Shown here: positions 62,218-64,000 of the stretch, piece after piece
How the letters are laid out: each line of letters begins with the position of its first letter
How positions within the stretch are numbered: the stretch's first letter is position 1
DNA from: Deltaproteobacteria bacterium
GTDB taxonomy: Bacteria; Myxococcota_A; Polyangia; DRWM01; JAAZOP01
Length of the DNA stretch: 64,000 bases
Reading direction: 5' to 3'
NCBI GenBank assembly: GCA_016218765.1
Contig: JACRCZ010000048.1
Coordinates: 40,779-104,778, forward strand
The notes under the pieces: generated by a model
The model's input: the letters and a program-made list of their open reading frames with translations, nothing else
What the model was told of the DNA's origin: nothing
Databases searched by the model: none
Translations under genes and position numbers: made by a program

Positions 62218-63669
62218 ATGTTGTGCGTGACGGGTACGGAGCGGACGTTCGCGGCGCTGGCGGCGCGGATCGAGCGGCTGCCGGACGCGGCGCTGCACGA
62301 GGTGCGGCTCGACCTGCTGGACGACGAGGTGTCGGCGAAGCTGCTGGGGCGGCTGCCGTCGCCGCGGCGGCTTCTGGTGACGGTGCGTGCGGCGCGCGAG
62401 GGTGGAGGGTGGAAGGGCGGGGAGGAGCAGCGGGTGGCGTTGTTGCGGGAGGCGATGGCGCTGGAGGTGGCGTACGTGGACGTGGAGGCGTCGACGCCGG
62501 CGGAGCTCTTGGGGCCGCTCTTCGACGCGCCGGGCAGCACGCGGCGGATCGTGTCGGCGCACCTGGCGTCCGGGGCGGAGGAGACGCCGCTGGCCGCGCT
62601 GGCGCGGTTGGGGGGTTTCCGGGCGCAGGTGCTGAAGCTGGCGGTGCCGATCGAGGATGCGGCGGAGCTGTGCGCGTTGCGGGACGCGGCGTCCGGGTGC
62701 CGGCGCGACGTGATCGCGATCGGGACGGGGGAGGCGGGGGTGTTGTCGCGCGTGGCGTACCGCGCGTTCGGGTCGGCCTGGACGTACGTCGCGGCAGACG
62801 AGGCGGGGCGGACGGCGCCGGGGCAGTGGACGGCGGCGCAAGCGGAGCGGGTGGCGATGGGGCGGCAGCCGCCGCTGGTGTACGGGCTTCTGGGGGGCAA
62901 GGGGGCGCTGCGTTCGCCCGGTCCGCGCGTCTACAACGCGCTCCTGCCGCGTTCGGGCCGGCCGTTGTGCTACGTGCCGTTGCCGACGGCGCGACCGGCC
63001 GCCGTGTTGCAGCTCCTGCGGGACGAGGTGGTGGCGGGGCTGTCGGTGACGATGCCGCACAAGGAGGCGGTGCGGGACCTGATCGACGAGGAGGCGCCGT
63101 CGGCGCGGCGCTCCGGCTCGGTCAACACGATCGTGCTGGAGGCCGGGCGGTTGATCGGGCATTCGACGGACGGCGACGGCGCGGTGGCGGCGCTGGGGGG
63201 AGCCGAGGCGCTGTCCGGGCGGCGGGTGCTGATCCTGGGCGCGGGCGGGGCGGCGCGGGCGGTGGCCCGCGCGGTGACGGACGCCGGGGCGGCGGTGGTG
63301 GTGGCGTCGCGCCGGTTCGGGCGTGCGGCGGCGTTGGCCGAGGCGGTCGGGGGGAGCTGTGCCGAGTGGCGCGAGGCGGGGGACGTGCCGTTCGACGTGC
63401 TCATCAACGCGACGCCCGTCGGCGCGGACGGCGTGGAGCTGCCGCTGGCGGATCCGTCGGTGCTGGCGGGGCGCACGGTGCTGGACCTGGTGCTGGACCC
63501 GGCGCGCACGCCGCTCCTGGCGGCGGCCGCGCGTGCCGGTGCGGCGGCTGCGATCCCCGGTGACGTGATGTGGGCGCACCAGGGCGCGGCGCAGATGCGG
63601 TTGTTGGCGGGCATGACGCTGGATCCGGACGAGCTGCTGCGCGCGGTGCGTGCCGGGAGGGGAGAGTAG
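62218..63669 (+). CDS. aroDE: Bifunctional 3-dehydroquinate dehydratase (type I) / shikimate dehydrogenase
   Basis: The N-terminal half is DHQase-I-like. The C-terminal half has the shikimate DH motifs SVTMPHK and GAGGAARA. The ORF is 483 aa. Confidence 0.7.
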   Translation: MLCVTGTERTFAALAARIERLPDAALHEVRLDLLDDEVSAKLLGRLPSPRRLLVTVRAAREGGGWKGGEEQRVALLREAMALEVAYVDVEASTPAELLGPLFDAPGSTRRIVSAHLASGAEETPLAALARLGGFRAQVLKLAVPIEDAAELCALRDAASGCRRDVIAIGTGEAGVLSRVAYRAFGSAWTYVAADEAGRTAPGQWTAAQAERVAMGRQPPLVYGLLGGKGALRSPGPRVYNALLPRSGRPLCYVPLPTARPAAVLQLLRDEVVAGLSVTMPHKEAVRDLIDEEAPSARRSGSVNTIVLEAGRLIGHSTDGDGAVAALGGAEALSGRRVLILGAGGAARAVARAVTDAGAAVVVASRRFGRAAALAEAVGGSCAEWREAGDVPFDVLINATPVGADGVELPLADPSVLAGRTVLDLVLDPARTPLLAAAARAGAAAAIPGDVMWAHQGAAQMRLLAGMTLDPDELLRAVRAGRGE

Positions 63670-63671
63670 TC

Positions 63672-64000
63672 GATGCCGGCGCGCAAGCTGTCCGCCCTGC
63701 CCTGCTTCGCGACGACGGGCATCGGGAGCCTGCCGGTGGCGGACCCGGCGGAGGGTCTGGCGATGCTGCGCGAGGCGGCGCTGGACGTGCCGTTCTGGCC
63801 GCAGCTCCCGCGGCGGTCGTTCCTGGAGGCGATGGTCCCGCAGGCGGCGGTCCCGATCCCGTTCCTGCGGATCGACGAGGCGGCGCGCAAGGTGATGGCG
63901 GTGCGGCAGGACGAACGGCCCGCGCGGCTGGCGGAGACGTACGAGGCGTTGCTGGCGGGGGAGCACGAGCGGTTCGGTCTTTCGTCGCGCGAGGCGGCGG
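63672..64000 (+). CDS. Hypothetical protein, truncated by the window end
   Basis: The N-terminus reads MPARKLSALPCFATTGIGSLP. It starts 3 nt after the aroDE stop. Confidence 0.4.

Overview
This 64-kb window has about 70% GC and looks myxobacterial. One protein ends in a MYXO-CTERM-type sorting signal (GCGC, then a hydrophobic stretch, then RRRQR), there is a very large protein built from Myxococcus-type cysteine-rich repeats, and there are many lipoproteins including one with an FGE-sulfatase domain. The 5' quarter (1 to about 15.4 kb) looks like an integrative mobile element inserted next to a tRNA-Phe(GAA) gene. It carries a >1150-aa PrimPol/P-loop NTPase replication protein (minus strand, running off the left edge), a Cas4-like Fe-S PD-(D/E)XK nuclease, a RadC/JAB protein, a sigma-region-4-like regulator, an excisionase-type HTH gene and a tyrosine integrase. 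A two-gene cargo (MBL-fold hydrolase plus an unknown protein) lies between int and the tRNA. No capsid or tail genes are visible, so the element looks satellite- or ICE-like rather than a complete prophage. The rest is chromosomal: a fatty-acid beta-oxidation operon (thiolase, FadB-like fusion, acyl-CoA dehydrogenase, with a divergent crotonase), a TetR-SDR operon, a benzoate-CoA-ligase-type enzyme, a class-C beta-lactamase-like hydrolase, and an SPFH protein with a small ribbon-helix-helix partner. There is a PilZ protein, a fused type-I dehydroquinase/shikimate dehydrogenase (aroD-aroE), and a long run of genes for exported or lipidated proteins. These include a BNR/Asp-box propeller, a PHP-domain protein, a Fam20-like atypical kinase, an FG-GAP propeller, a metzincin, a lipase and an FGE-family protein. 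The most unusual sequence-level signals are two families of short tandem repeats: a 10-bp unit CAC[A/C]GATGG[A/G] and an 8-bp unit GGT[G/A]GAGC. They recur at or just upstream of the 5' ends of several exported-protein genes and are embedded in purine-rich G-tract context. Many long Arg/Ala/Pro-rich antisense ORFs in the track are high-GC artefacts and were not called.
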